From: a bacterium
GTDB lineage: Bacteria > Patescibacteriota > Microgenomatia > Daviesbacterales > UBA10151
Direction: 5' to 3'
Assembly: GCA_021790255.1 (NCBI GenBank)
Contig: JAJYIE010000006.1
Location: forward strand, 1 to 46,853
DNA length: 46,853 bases
This document shows positions 1 to 9,678 of the stretch, piece after piece; the first letter of the stretch is position 1, and each line of letters begins with the position of its first letter. A program made the translations under genes and the position numbers. The notes under the pieces were generated by a model, which worked only from the letters and a program-made list of their open reading frames with translations, ran no database searches and was not told where the DNA came from.

Positions 1-152
1 ATTTACTTCTTTACCCGGAAGACTTTAAAAAAGAGCTTACTTCCTGGTTACTCTGGTACAATGAACAAAGACCACACCAGTCATTAAACTATCTGTCACC
101 TTACCGGTACTTAAAGAAAGGAGGGTTGTCTCAAAAGTACTGATCCAGGACA
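1..152 (+). mobile_element. 3' end of an insertion sequence (IS481/IS3-type DDE transposase C-terminus, partial CDS 3..143, plus probable right end)
   Basis: Frame 3 reads ...FKKELTSWLLWYNEQRPHQSLNYLSPYRYLKKGGLSQKY*, containing the W-Y-N-x-x-R-P-H-x-S-L-x-x-x-S-P integrase-core signature. The sequence ends ...TTGTCTCAAAAGTACTGATCCAGGACA (152), matching the TGT...ACA termini typical of IS481-family elements. Confidence 0.8.
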
Positions 153-377
153 TAAACTTGTCTACAGTATTCCAGATTGTTTATAATAAAGTTATAAAGT
201 TCAAGTGTGGTTTCTGCAATCCGACTGAGTGTTTTAGCTGCTGCCCTACTCCATCAATTATTATGTATCCATACAGCAAAACAGGGGCTTGACCTTATCT
301 TGAATAACTAATACACTGATAAAAACAGGTACTTGACTTAGAGTTTTTTCGGGTATACTGGTTATATAATTTTGACG

Positions 378-1448
378 ATGGCAGATAATGGCGACGGTAA
401 AAAAGCAGCGATTTTAGCTGCCATGCAGCAGATTCAAAAGCAATACGGTACTGGTTCAATAATGAGGCTTGGCGAAAGAGCAGAAAAACTCTCCGTAGAA
501 ACTATTTCCACCGGTTCAATTGCTTTGGATTTAGCCTTAGGTGTCGGTGGTCTCCCCCGCGGCCGGATTATTGAAATCTACGGGCCGGAGGCTTCCGGGA
601 AAACAACCGTGGCTTTGCATGTTATCGCTGAGGCCCAAAAGCGGGGTGGAGTGGCAGCTTTTATTGATGCTGAGCATGCCCTGGACCCGCAGCGGGCACA
701 AAAGTTAGGTGTGAACTTGGATGACCTGTTGATTTCCCAGCCGGATACCGGTGAACAGGCGCTTGAAATTGCTGAAACTTTAATCCGCTCCGGTGGGGTT
801 GATGTATTAGTGATTGACTCAGTAGCTGCTTTGGTTCCTAAAGCAGAAATAGAAGGGGAAATGGGTGATGCCATGATGGGGATGCAGGCCCGCCTGATGT
901 CTCAGGCGCTGCGGAAGTTAACCGGAGCCATCTCCAACACTAATACCATTGCTATTTTTACCAACCAGCTTCGCCAAAAGATTGGAGTAATGTTTGGCAA
1001 CCCGGAAACAACCACCGGAGGCCTTGCATTGAAGTTTTATTCATCGGTCCGCCTGGATATCCGCAAAATTGAAAACATTAAGCAAGGGGATCTGGTAGTG
1101 GGATCCCGCCACCGGGTAAAAGTGGTTAAAAATAAAGTGGCGCCCCCATTTCGCATTGCTGAATTTGACATGGATGAAAGTGGCATTTCCCACGCCGGTG
1201 AGTTACTTGATGTTGGCATCGAACTGGGAATATTGACTAAATCTGGTGCATTTATCCGCTGGGGCGAAGAGATGCTGGGACAGGGCCGCCAGGCAGCAAT
1301 TGACAACCTAAAAGAAGATAAGAAAAAAGCTGAAAAACTAGAAAAAGAGATCCGGGAAGCATGGACCAAACAATCTTCCACCAAAGAAATCGTGGTGGGC
1401 AAGGAAGAGGAAGGTGCCGGAGTAGGAACTGTAGAAGAAGCGGGATAG
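378..1448 (+). CDS. recA: Recombinase RecA
   Basis: GPEASGKTT Walker [18 protein letters not shown] and [11 protein letters not shown] motifs. ATG at 378 preferred over TTG at 372. Confidence 0.99.
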   Translation: MADNGDGKKAAILAAMQQIQKQYGTGSIMRLGERAEKLSVETISTGSIALDLALGVGGLPRGRIIEIYGPEASGKTTVALHVIAEAQKRGGVAAFIDAEHALDPQRAQKLGVNLDDLLISQPDTGEQALEIAETLIRSGGVDVLVIDSVAALVPKAEIEGEMGDAMMGMQARLMSQALRKLTGAISNTNTIAIFTNQLRQKIGVMFGNPETTTGGLALKFYSSVRLDIRKIENIKQGDLVVGSRHRVKVVKNKVAPPFRIAEFDMDESGISHAGELLDVGIELGILTKSGAFIRWGEEMLGQGRQAAIDNLKEDKKKAEKLEKEIREAWTKQSSTKEIVVGKEEEGAGVGTVEEAG

Positions 1449-1455
1449 TGCTTAA

Positions 1456-1537
1456 GTTATTGCTAAACCACAAGGTGGCGAAGCGATTTGAGTTTAATAG
1501 AGATTGCTTCAGTCACCTTTGGCTCCTTCGCAATGAC
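1456..1537. repeat. Long imperfect intergenic palindrome (REP/MITE-like)
   Basis: GTTATTGC...CCACAAGGTGGCGAAGCGATTT pairs with AGATTGCTTCAGTCACCTTTGG...GCAATGAC, giving an 82-nt hairpin between recA and recX. Confidence 0.65.
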
Positions 1538-1544
1538 GGAATAA

Positions 1545-2207
1545 ATGCCAAAAGTTACCTCTGTAGAACATCAAAAAAAGAACCCTCACCGTTTTAATAT
1601 ATTCCTGGATGGTCAGTTTGCCTTTGGGGCGGATGAAGATTTGATAGTTGACTACTGTCTGCTGAGAGGCAAAACAATTTCTCAGGAAAATTTAAACAAA
1701 CTGCTTTTTGAGGCAGAAGCTGGTAAATTAATTGATCGGGTTTATAATTTATACTCAATTAGGGAACGGAGTGAAAAAGAAATTCGGGATTACTTCAAAC
1801 TTTTATCTTTCAAAAATAAAATTAAAGGTAAAGAAAAAATTTCTCCGGAGATTGTGGATCTGGTGGTAGAAAAATTAAGACGGAAAGGCGTAATCAATGA
1901 TTTAAGATTTGCCAAAGCTTGGGTGGAAAGCCGCAGAAAGAGCAAGCAAAAAGGGATGATGGCCATCAAGGCTGAACTATATCAGAAGGGCATTGACCGG
2001 GAGATAGTTGAAGAAGTAGTTGGCGGACAGAGCGCAGCGGGCAGTGAAGAAGAGCTGGCAAAACAGGCTTTAGAGAAAAAATTAAAGTCCTGGAAAAACA
2101 CGGATAAACCAACTCTCTATAAGAAAGCTATTGAGTTTCTACTACGACGTGGATTTGAATACGGAGTAGCAAAAAGCGTAGTCGGTGAACGCCTTAAATC
2201 TACTTGA
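1545..2207 (+). CDS. recX: RecX regulatory protein (long form)
   Basis: Directly after recA. Contains RxRSEKEIRDY, INDxRFAxAWV, AELYQKGI and FLLRRGF motifs. Confidence 0.95.
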   Translation: MPKVTSVEHQKKNPHRFNIFLDGQFAFGADEDLIVDYCLLRGKTISQENLNKLLFEAEAGKLIDRVYNLYSIRERSEKEIRDYFKLLSFKNKIKGKEKISPEIVDLVVEKLRRKGVINDLRFAKAWVESRRKSKQKGMMAIKAELYQKGIDREIVEEVVGGQSAAGSEEELAKQALEKKLKSWKNTDKPTLYKKAIEFLLRRGFEYGVAKSVVGERLKST

Positions 2208-2231
2208 CATCCCCCTTGAAAGGCTTATACT
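2204..2231 (+). promoter_or_regulatory. sigma70-type promoter for the orphan gene
   Basis: TTGACA (2204-2209), 16-nt spacer, TATACT (2226-2231). Confidence 0.6.
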
Positions 2232-2254
2232 CTGATCTTGACCTGCCTCGACCA

Positions 2255-3295
2255 ATGACAAATACTGTAGAGAATCCAGTAGAGTGGGGTGATTTAGAGA
2301 TCCGAAAGACTGTTAGTCCTTTTATAAATCATCAGGTAAAAGGTGTTTTCCCGAAAAATTCAGCTTACATGAGAGGCGACTATAACCGGGTATATTGCAT
2401 TGAAGAGGGTTTTGGCGAACAAGGGCATGGCTTTTTTCAAAAAGCTAAAATGGTTACTCTGGAGCCTGATGGTGAATTTAAGAGCGGTATGGTAAGCCAA
2501 TATGTAGGAGATTGGAATTCCCGGTGGGAATTTTATCATGCCCGACTGGACGCAGCCAGCCCTTTGTCCGTTGTACGTTATGCGCCGACATTGCTGTTGA
2601 AGATGTATGAGGAAATAGAAAAGGAGTTACCCAGGCAGAAAGAACCTTTGCGGATCCAGCAGGCTTTGGAAGTGTTGTCCACACGGCCCGACGTATTAAG
2701 AAGCGTTGTTTCCATAAGCCATGACTCGCTTTTAGAGATGGGTGAGGATGATCCAGCTGCTTTTCCTCATGGGGATCAGGATTACGGAGAGATCGCCCTG
2801 CCGGCAATGGATGAGATGATTAAAGAAATGACTGGTCAGGTGCCAGCTAATGATCCGCTGGAAAAATACCGGCTGGCTTTTAATTTATTGACCCGGCGTC
2901 CGGTCTTGGAGGAAGAGCTTGGTGCGATGGCTGCATCTATGCGAGTCAGACCGATAGAAGGGGTTTTTAAGGAAGTCGTTGCGGAAGTTGTTGGCAAGGG
3001 ACTTTTTTTAACTACCCATAAAGACGATGAAAAGTTGCGCTGGTTTGGTACCCCGGTAGCTGGTGGTTACAATATAGTGCGACGCTCCGAAAATTTGCTC
3101 TTGTCTACAGGAACCCATAATATCTGGTCGTGGGGGATATCCGAAAAAGGGGATATTCGGGAGATTCAACAAGGAGACGGTTGCGTTAATTTCCAGCGTT
3201 GTCCGGAGCATTTATTGCAAATGGCACCACGTATCATGAACAACTTTATCCAGCGGATTGTTGGGGAACAGTTTCCCGATATTGAGAGGTACTAG
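2255..3295 (+). CDS. Hypothetical protein (orphan)
   Basis: Long ORF with no recognisable motif. ATG 2255 chosen because the TTG at 2204 is part of the -35 box. Confidence 0.75.
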   Translation: MTNTVENPVEWGDLEIRKTVSPFINHQVKGVFPKNSAYMRGDYNRVYCIEEGFGEQGHGFFQKAKMVTLEPDGEFKSGMVSQYVGDWNSRWEFYHARLDAASPLSVVRYAPTLLLKMYEEIEKELPRQKEPLRIQQALEVLSTRPDVLRSVVSISHDSLLEMGEDDPAAFPHGDQDYGEIALPAMDEMIKEMTGQVPANDPLEKYRLAFNLLTRRPVLEEELGAMAASMRVRPIEGVFKEVVAEVVGKGLFLTTHKDDEKLRWFGTPVAGGYNIVRRSENLLLSTGTHNIWSWGISEKGDIREIQQGDGCVNFQRCPEHLLQMAPRIMNNFIQRIVGEQFPDIERY

Positions 3296-3452
3296 GCAGT
3301 TTTCCCCGGTTTGATTTTTTATAGTAAATTAAGTAAACTATTAGACAGTCCAAAAGAATCTGGGGATTTTATGAAGACAGATTTTCAAAAAATCGCAGTC
3401 AAGTAATTTCTTCTCCCCGAAGCATCGGGAAAATTTCTTTTGGGCCGAAATT

Positions 3453-4787
3453 ATGCAAAAAACTTTTGGTTTAACAACTAACCCCGATGACGATCGTCCC
3501 GCCGCGGATTTTTCCCACCGTGAAGCAGAGCTTGCCAAACGGGAAGGGATTTTGGAGGAGCGCGAGCGGGTTTTAGCAGAAAAAATGCAAGCGACTGACG
3601 AGAAATCAGAGAACCTGGAAAAAATCCGCAAAGACCTGATAGCCAAACTGGAAAAATCAGCTAGGATGTCGGCGGAAGAAGCCCAAAAAGTCTTGCTGGA
3701 AAATGTCGAGAAAGACCTGGCGGCGGAAATTTCCAAAAAGATTAAGGAAGCGGAAGACGAAGTGAAGCTGCATTCGGAAGAAAAAGCCCGGGAAATTTTA
3801 TCGGAAGCGATGTTGCACGGGGTAACTGATTATGTCGCCGAATTCACCACTTCGCAAGTTGAGCTTCCTGATGAGCAGATGAAGGGCCGGATTATCGGCA
3901 AAGAGGGCCGCAACGTCCGGACTTTTGAAAACGCTACCGGGGTGGATGTCTTGATGGATGAAACTCCCGGAGTCCTGATTCTTTCCTCTTTTGATCCAGT
4001 CCGCCGGGAGATTGCTCGCCTCTCTTTGGAGCGGCTGATTAAGGATGGCCGGATTCAACCCCAACGGATTGAGGAGATAGTCGATTCCACAAAAAATGAT
4101 GTGGAAAGATGGATGATGCAGGCCGGTGAACAACTTTGTCATGATGCCAACGTTTATAACCTTCCGCCTGAGCTGGTGGCTATGCTGGGAAGGTTTAAAT
4201 ACCGTTACTCATACGGCCAAAATATGCTCCAACATACTCTGGAAGAAACCAGGATTGGTGTAGCTTTAGCTAAAATGTTGGGTGCCAACGTCAACATAGT
4301 CCGGCTGGCCTGTTTACTGCATGATATCGGCAAAGTTGCTACTGAAGATGAAGGGACGCATATTGAAAAAGGTGTCCAAATCGCTAAGAAATTTGGTATG
4401 CCGGGAGGGGTTGTCAATGCCGTTGCCGAGCATCACGAAGATAAGCCGTTTTCATCCGTTGAGTCAATTTTAGTCTATATCGCCGACGCTATTTCAGGGG
4501 CCCGTCCGGGAGCCCGCCGGGAAGATGTGGAGGATTACATTAAACGGATCGAGGACATTGAAAAAATTGCCACATCTTTTGACGGTGTGGATAAAGCTTT
4601 TGCTGTTTCTGCGGGCCGGGAAGTTAGGGTAATTGTTATCCCCGACAAAGTTTCCGATGATGAGCTGCCCAAACTGACCCACGAAATCGCCGAGAAGATT
4701 TCTCAAGAGGTTGTGGTCCCAGGACAGGTTAAAGTAACGGCGATCCGGGAAGTGCGAGCGACCGACTTTGCTCTCAGCGCCCAATGA
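3453..4787 (+). CDS. rny: Ribonuclease Y
   Basis: Coiled coil, KH domain (MKGRIIGKEGRNVR), HD domain (LLHDIGK, ADAISGARPGARRE) and AGREVRV motif. Confidence 0.97.
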   Translation: MQKTFGLTTNPDDDRPAADFSHREAELAKREGILEERERVLAEKMQATDEKSENLEKIRKDLIAKLEKSARMSAEEAQKVLLENVEKDLAAEISKKIKEAEDEVKLHSEEKAREILSEAMLHGVTDYVAEFTTSQVELPDEQMKGRIIGKEGRNVRTFENATGVDVLMDETPGVLILSSFDPVRREIARLSLERLIKDGRIQPQRIEEIVDSTKNDVERWMMQAGEQLCHDANVYNLPPELVAMLGRFKYRYSYGQNMLQHTLEETRIGVALAKMLGANVNIVRLACLLHDIGKVATEDEGTHIEKGVQIAKKFGMPGGVVNAVAEHHEDKPFSSVESILVYIADAISGARPGARREDVEDYIKRIEDIEKIATSFDGVDKAFAVSAGREVRVIVIPDKVSDDELPKLTHEIAEKISQEVVVPGQVKVTAIREVRATDFALSAQ

Positions 4788-4796
4788 TCTGCATCC

Positions 4797-6692
4797 TTGG
4801 CAACGCCCGCCCTTTGTGCTAAAAAGAGAGCGTTGAGAAACTCTCGGCAAGTTTTTATTTCTGAAGCTGCATTTTCTTTAATCATTCTTCTAGGAGTCAC
4901 TCTTTGGGGAATTGCCGTTATTTTAGCCCATCCTGCCCATGCCATTGTTTCCTGGGATGAAGGTTTTCATGGCGGAGCTGCCCTTTTTGTTACTCAGGTT
5001 TTGCGCCACCACTTTGATTTTTACCCTTATACTTATATTTTGAGTGATTTTATTAACGGGGTCATCTGGTATCCGCCTTTGTGGCTGATAGTTTCCGGAA
5101 TATTGGGAGCATTAGAAGGCCCGTCTGTAGAAGTATACCGGTTTTCAACGCTTTTGTTCGGTGTAACAACGCTTGTTCTAGTAGCCTTTTTTAGCAGGAG
5201 CATTGGTGGGAAAAAAGCGGGATTTTTTGCAGCTTTGGTTTTGGCGGTGAACCCGGTGTTTATTATTTACAGTCACCTGATGATGCGGGAGGTACCGCTT
5301 CTTTTTGGGGTTTCTTTGGCCCTTCTTTTTTATTTTCGCTATCTGATCCGACCGAAGGTCAACAGATTTGACCTGGTGGTTACTACTTTGGCTTTTGCTG
5401 TTGCCGCCTTGAGTAAGATTATGGCAGTGGCAATTATTCCGGCCACAATCACAATCTTTGGCATATTTTTGTTTACATTTTACCGAGCAACATTGGTTTG
5501 GCAAAGGTTTTATTCCCGTCCCACCGCTTTCTTTCTTGGTGCGATGCTAATTTCATTTTTAAGCTACCGCTATCTGGTTTTAAAAACCCTTAATGCCGAC
5601 ATGATCCAATTTTTCTTAGGACAATCATCCAGTTTGGGCGGGGAGAAAAATTTGCTGATTTTAACTCTGCACAACTTTATCTCAGGGTGGGATTATTATC
5701 TGCAGATATTTTCACAGATGCCGCTTTTTTCGCTGGTCTGGTTGGTTTCTTTAGCCAGCCTGGTTATTTTCCAGAGAAAACCAATTTCTTTTTATCTTTT
5801 GATTTGGGTAATTGTTACCTATTTAGCTTTTACAGTAGTTCGTCCCCTGGCTTACCAATATATTATGTCAATTTATGCTCCGCTGTCGGTGGCCACAGGG
5901 CTTTTGTGGGCCGGCTGGCTGGACAAAAAAGTGTCAGTCCGCCGGAGCCTAATTTTTTGCTTGGTGTTTGTTGCAGCGATCATTTTAGGACTAAGCTCCT
6001 TTGATAAAACGGCCTCAATTATCTGGTGGAAAACGATAACAAACCAGGACCAGGTGGCGGCAGAGGTGGTACAAAATGCTCATGAGGGAGATCGGGTAGT
6101 GGTCAGCGGGGACGGAAACATTTTCCTTCTCCACCTGCTCGGCGAGAGCAAGAAAATTCAGACAATCAACGGCGCTGCAAAGGTTTGTTCTCAAACTTTG
6201 GAAGATAGCGCGGAGTGGGCAATTGCTGATTTTGGTCCGCAGGATCCTATTGGTTTGACAAAGTTTGATTTGACAACCTGGCAAAAATTTGCCGGCAACT
6301 CAAACGACACCGGGGCGACAACAATTTATCATAATCCTGAGGCGGGCAATAAGGTGATGCTGACAGGGAGTAAGCTGGATACCCTAACTTGTTCACGGCT
6401 TCTTCGCCCGGGAAAAAATAAAATAACTTTTTGGGCTACGGCAAACATGAAAAATGGCGGGTTGGCAAATTCTCCTGCAGTTTTATCTTTGAGGACTAAA
6501 ATATTTAAGCCGTTAGCAGAAACGGTAGTCGGCCCCGCGGCAATAAATAACTCCCTCGGTAAACAGAGGAGTTATTCTATGATTTTTAACCAGCAGAAAA
6601 TTGATCAGCCGGCATTTTTTCTTTTCTTTCCTCCGCAGGGGGTAAATTTGGACGTAGAGAAGATAGAAATAGATTATCTTGGGAATAAATGA
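4797..6692 (+). CDS. Polytopic membrane glycosyltransferase (GT-C fold, GT39/ArnT/PMT-like)
   Basis: WDEGFH and YPPL motifs after the first TM, many TM helices and a C-terminal extracytoplasmic domain. Start position uncertain. Confidence 0.8.
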   Translation: MATPALCAKKRALRNSRQVFISEAAFSLIILLGVTLWGIAVILAHPAHAIVSWDEGFHGGAALFVTQVLRHHFDFYPYTYILSDFINGVIWYPPLWLIVSGILGALEGPSVEVYRFSTLLFGVTTLVLVAFFSRSIGGKKAGFFAALVLAVNPVFIIYSHLMMREVPLLFGVSLALLFYFRYLIRPKVNRFDLVVTTLAFAVAALSKIMAVAIIPATITIFGIFLFTFYRATLVWQRFYSRPTAFFLGAMLISFLSYRYLVLKTLNADMIQFFLGQSSSLGGEKNLLILTLHNFISGWDYYLQIFSQMPLFSLVWLVSLASLVIFQRKPISFYLLIWVIVTYLAFTVVRPLAYQYIMSIYAPLSVATGLLWAGWLDKKVSVRRSLIFCLVFVAAIILGLSSFDKTASIIWWKTITNQDQVAAEVVQNAHEGDRVVVSGDGNIFLLHLLGESKKIQTINGAAKVCSQTLEDSAEWAIADFGPQDPIGLTKFDLTTWQKFAGNSNDTGATTIYHNPEAGNKVMLTGSKLDTLTCSRLLRPGKNKITFWATANMKNGGLANSPAVLSLRTKIFKPLAETVVGPAAINNSLGKQRSYSMIFNQQKIDQPAFFLFFPPQGVNLDVEKIEIDYLGNK

Positions 6693-6732
6693 GTGCTTTA
6701 CAAAGCATCGTCTATTTGCTAAATTAATGAAC

Positions 6733-7005
6733 ATGACTAAGAATCAGCTTGTGGAAAAAGTTGCCAAAAAGTCCTCGCTGACCAAAAGAGCAGCAGCTGA
6801 TGCGGTAAATTCTACATTTAATTTGATAAGTGACTCCTTAATCCGCGGAGAAAAAGTGGTTGTAACAGGTTTTGGTACTTTTCTGGTTCGTTCCCGTGCA
6901 GCGCGCCGTGGTAGGAATCCGCAAACCGGACAGGCGATTCAAATTCCCCAGAAAAAAACGCCCGGTTTTGCCGCCGGCAAGACTCTCAAGAGGAAAATAA
7001 AGTAA
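6733..7005 (+). CDS. hup: DNA-binding protein HU
   Basis: MTKNQLVEKVA...GFGTF...GRNPQTG...PGFAAGKTLK. Confidence 0.97.
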   Translation: MTKNQLVEKVAKKSSLTKRAAADAVNSTFNLISDSLIRGEKVVVTGFGTFLVRSRAARRGRNPQTGQAIQIPQKKTPGFAAGKTLKRKIK

Positions 7006-7057
7006 CTTCGCTTTCTGCAAGTTGATATTCCGGGTTTAATACCATTACACTTTGCTT

Positions 7058-7855
7058 ATGGGAAAGTATTGGGCGTATTTTAAGTTATCTCTGCAGACAA
7101 TCCTTGAATACCGGGGAGATATGGTTATTTATACCCTCAATAACGGGGCAATGCCTTTGGTGGGTTTGTTAATTTGGTTGGCAGCAGCAAGCGGAGGAGC
7201 GAAACTGGCAATAGCTGCTCCGGATCTGATCGTTTATTTCCTGCTGGCTGCTTGGGTTAATATCGTCGTTTTTAGCTGGGGATCGTGGTACGTTTATGAA
7301 ATTATCGATAAAGGAGATTTTTATAAATATCTTATAAAACCATTCTCGCTGGCCTGGGGGTTTGCTGCTGAAAACGGTGCGCAGCAGGTATTAAAGACAG
7401 TGGTAATCTCGGCGGTAATTTTAATTATTGCAGTGGTACTGTCACGTTCTTACCCGCTTCATTTAAGGGTTACTCCGCTTTCGCTATTGCTTTTTTTGCC
7501 AAGCCTGGTGATGACAGGCCTGATCGTTTTTTATATTGAACTATGTTTAGGTTTAACTGCATTTTGGGTTTATGATATCGATTTTTTAACCAATACCTAT
7601 AATATGCTCAACCAGTTGTTGTCAGGAAGGTTGATCCCACTGGTTTTTTTACCCGCGGGTTTAGCCAGTGCCTCAACGTTTATGCCTTTCCGTTATACTC
7701 TTTCTTTTCCGATCGAAGTCCTGCTTAATAAAGTTGGCGGATATGAGGAGTTGCTTGGTTTTATGATCCAGATAATTTGGCTGGGTGCAACATTCGTTTT
7801 GTACAGACTGCTTTATCAGCAAGGAGCTAAAAATTACCAGGGGTTTGGCGGATGA
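7058..7855 (+). CDS. ABC-2 family permease (ABC2_membrane_6/DUF990 type), copy A1
   Basis: Six-TM pattern with EYR, GD.YKYLIKP, SGRLIPL and PFRY...FP motifs. Confidence 0.88.
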   Translation: MGKYWAYFKLSLQTILEYRGDMVIYTLNNGAMPLVGLLIWLAAASGGAKLAIAAPDLIVYFLLAAWVNIVVFSWGSWYVYEIIDKGDFYKYLIKPFSLAWGFAAENGAQQVLKTVVISAVILIIAVVLSRSYPLHLRVTPLSLLLFLPSLVMTGLIVFYIELCLGLTAFWVYDIDFLTNTYNMLNQLLSGRLIPLVFLPAGLASASTFMPFRYTLSFPIEVLLNKVGGYEELLGFMIQIIWLGATFVLYRLLYQQGAKNYQGFGG

Positions 7856-8637
7856 AATATTACCTTAGAATATTTTTGGCGTTGATAAATACTGCTTCCA
7901 AAAGGTATTTAGAATATAGATGGAATACTTTCGGAAATCTTGTCACCTCCACCCTCTCCCTCATTTTAGTTATTTTTTTCGTGGATATTATTTTCTCTCA
8001 AACTAATAATATTGCCGGATGGACAAAACCTGAAGTGTTATTTTTTGTCGGCACTTTTCGGGTTTTCAGTTCTCTGCTCTCGTTTTTGTATCTGCGCAGC
8101 ATTAATTTTATCCCTAAATATATTCAACGGGGAGATTTGGATATGTTTCTGGTTAAGCCGGTCAATGTTCAATTTTACGTAAGCCTCTGCTTTACCAGAG
8201 TATATGAAATTATTAATCTTTTGCCGGGAATAGTACTGATAGGTTACGCCTTGCAGAGTCTTGGTGGTGTTTCTTGGGAGGGATGGCTACTGCTTTTGGG
8301 AGGAGTTATTTGCGGACTACTAATTTTCTATGGACTGTATTTTATGTGTGCAACTCTGGCTTTTTGGTTTGTACAATTTAACTCTTTAACCAGTATTTAC
8401 TTTGTGGCTAATTCTTTCCTATGTTTCCCGACTGATGTATTCGGCAAAAATGGTTCGCTCGTTTTTACTTACCTGATTCCTCTGGGTTTTATTGTTACAG
8501 TACCGGTAAGAATCTTTTTGGCAAAAGATCCACCCTTATTTCTTATTTTGTCCGTCTTTTTCGCTGCGCTTTCTTTGTGGCTATCTGTAAAATTTTGGAA
8601 TTATGCCCTGAAACACTATACTTCGGCCAGTTCCTAG
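7852..8637 (+). CDS. ABC-2 family permease, copy B1
   Basis: IAGWT, GDLDMFLVKP and C-terminal YTSASS. Overlaps the upstream stop codon (ATGA). Confidence 0.88.
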   Translation: MKYYLRIFLALINTASKRYLEYRWNTFGNLVTSTLSLILVIFFVDIIFSQTNNIAGWTKPEVLFFVGTFRVFSSLLSFLYLRSINFIPKYIQRGDLDMFLVKPVNVQFYVSLCFTRVYEIINLLPGIVLIGYALQSLGGVSWEGWLLLLGGVICGLLIFYGLYFMCATLAFWFVQFNSLTSIYFVANSFLCFPTDVFGKNGSLVFTYLIPLGFIVTVPVRIFLAKDPPLFLILSVFFAALSLWLSVKFWNYALKHYTSASS

Positions 8638-8651
8638 TTTAAAATGAAGTT

Positions 8652-9638
8652 ATGGAAGATCCGGTAATTAAGGTTAAAGATTTAAAGAAATACTACCGCA
8701 TTCATCAAAAAGAACCCGGTCTGGCCGGCTCGGTTAAATCCCTCTTTTCCCGCAAATATTACAACGTTGAGGCGGTCAATGATATCTCCTTTGAAATCGG
8801 TGAAGGAGAGCTGGTTGGCTTTATCGGGCCAAATGGGGCAGGGAAGACTACGACCCTGAAGGTTTTATCCGGCCTGCTTTATCCAACCTCCGGTTATGTC
8901 CGGGTTTTAGGTTTTGAGCCGTTTAAAAGACAGCCGAAATTTCAAAAACAGTTTTCCCTGGTGATGGGCCAAAAAAACCAACTGTGGTGGGATTTGCCGG
9001 CTTGGGAAAGTTTTATTTTAAACAAGGAAATTTATGAAGTTCCCGATAACCAGTTTGAAACTATTGTCCATGAGTTGTCGGAGATGCTGGAGATCAAAGA
9101 CATTTTAAAGGTGCAGGTCAGGAAGTTATCCCTGGGCCAGCGGATGAAGGCAGAACTGGTAGCGGCTTTGTTGCATTCACCAAAGGTTTTATTTTTGGAC
9201 GAACCGACGATTGGCCTGGATGTAGTGGCACAAAAAAAGATGCGGGATTTTGTTAAGGAGTATAACCAGCAATATAAAGCTACGATTATTTTAACCTCTC
9301 ATTATATGGGAGATGTTAAGGAGCTTTGCAAAAGGGTGATCGTTATTGATAAAGGTATTATTTTGTATGATGGATTATTGGAGAAGATTGTCGAGAAATT
9401 TGCCGCTCATAAAGTGATTAAAGTTGATTTCGAAAAGCCAATTGATCCGGAGAAATTGAAAAATATCGGTGAGATCAAGGAAAACGAAGAGATGCATTAT
9501 TTGATTCATGTACCAAGGAAAGAAGCGCCCAAGCGGGCAGCCAAGTTATTAGACAACTTTCCGGTTGTGGATTTGACAATAGAAGAGCCACCCATCGAGG
9601 ATGTTATCCGGCAAGTTTTTAATGGGGGAAAAGTTTGA
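8652..9638 (+). CDS. ABC transporter ATP-binding protein
   Basis: GPNGAGKTT Walker A, LSLGQ signature, LFLDEPT Walker B, TSH loop. Confidence 0.96.
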   Translation: MEDPVIKVKDLKKYYRIHQKEPGLAGSVKSLFSRKYYNVEAVNDISFEIGEGELVGFIGPNGAGKTTTLKVLSGLLYPTSGYVRVLGFEPFKRQPKFQKQFSLVMGQKNQLWWDLPAWESFILNKEIYEVPDNQFETIVHELSEMLEIKDILKVQVRKLSLGQRMKAELVAALLHSPKVLFLDEPTIGLDVVAQKKMRDFVKEYNQQYKATIILTSHYMGDVKELCKRVIVIDKGIILYDGLLEKIVEKFAAHKVIKVDFEKPIDPEKLKNIGEIKENEEMHYLIHVPRKEAPKRAAKLLDNFPVVDLTIEEPPIEDVIRQVFNGGKV

Positions 9639-9678
9639 CTTCCCTACCCCTTTTTATGTAATATGTATCCATACGCAA

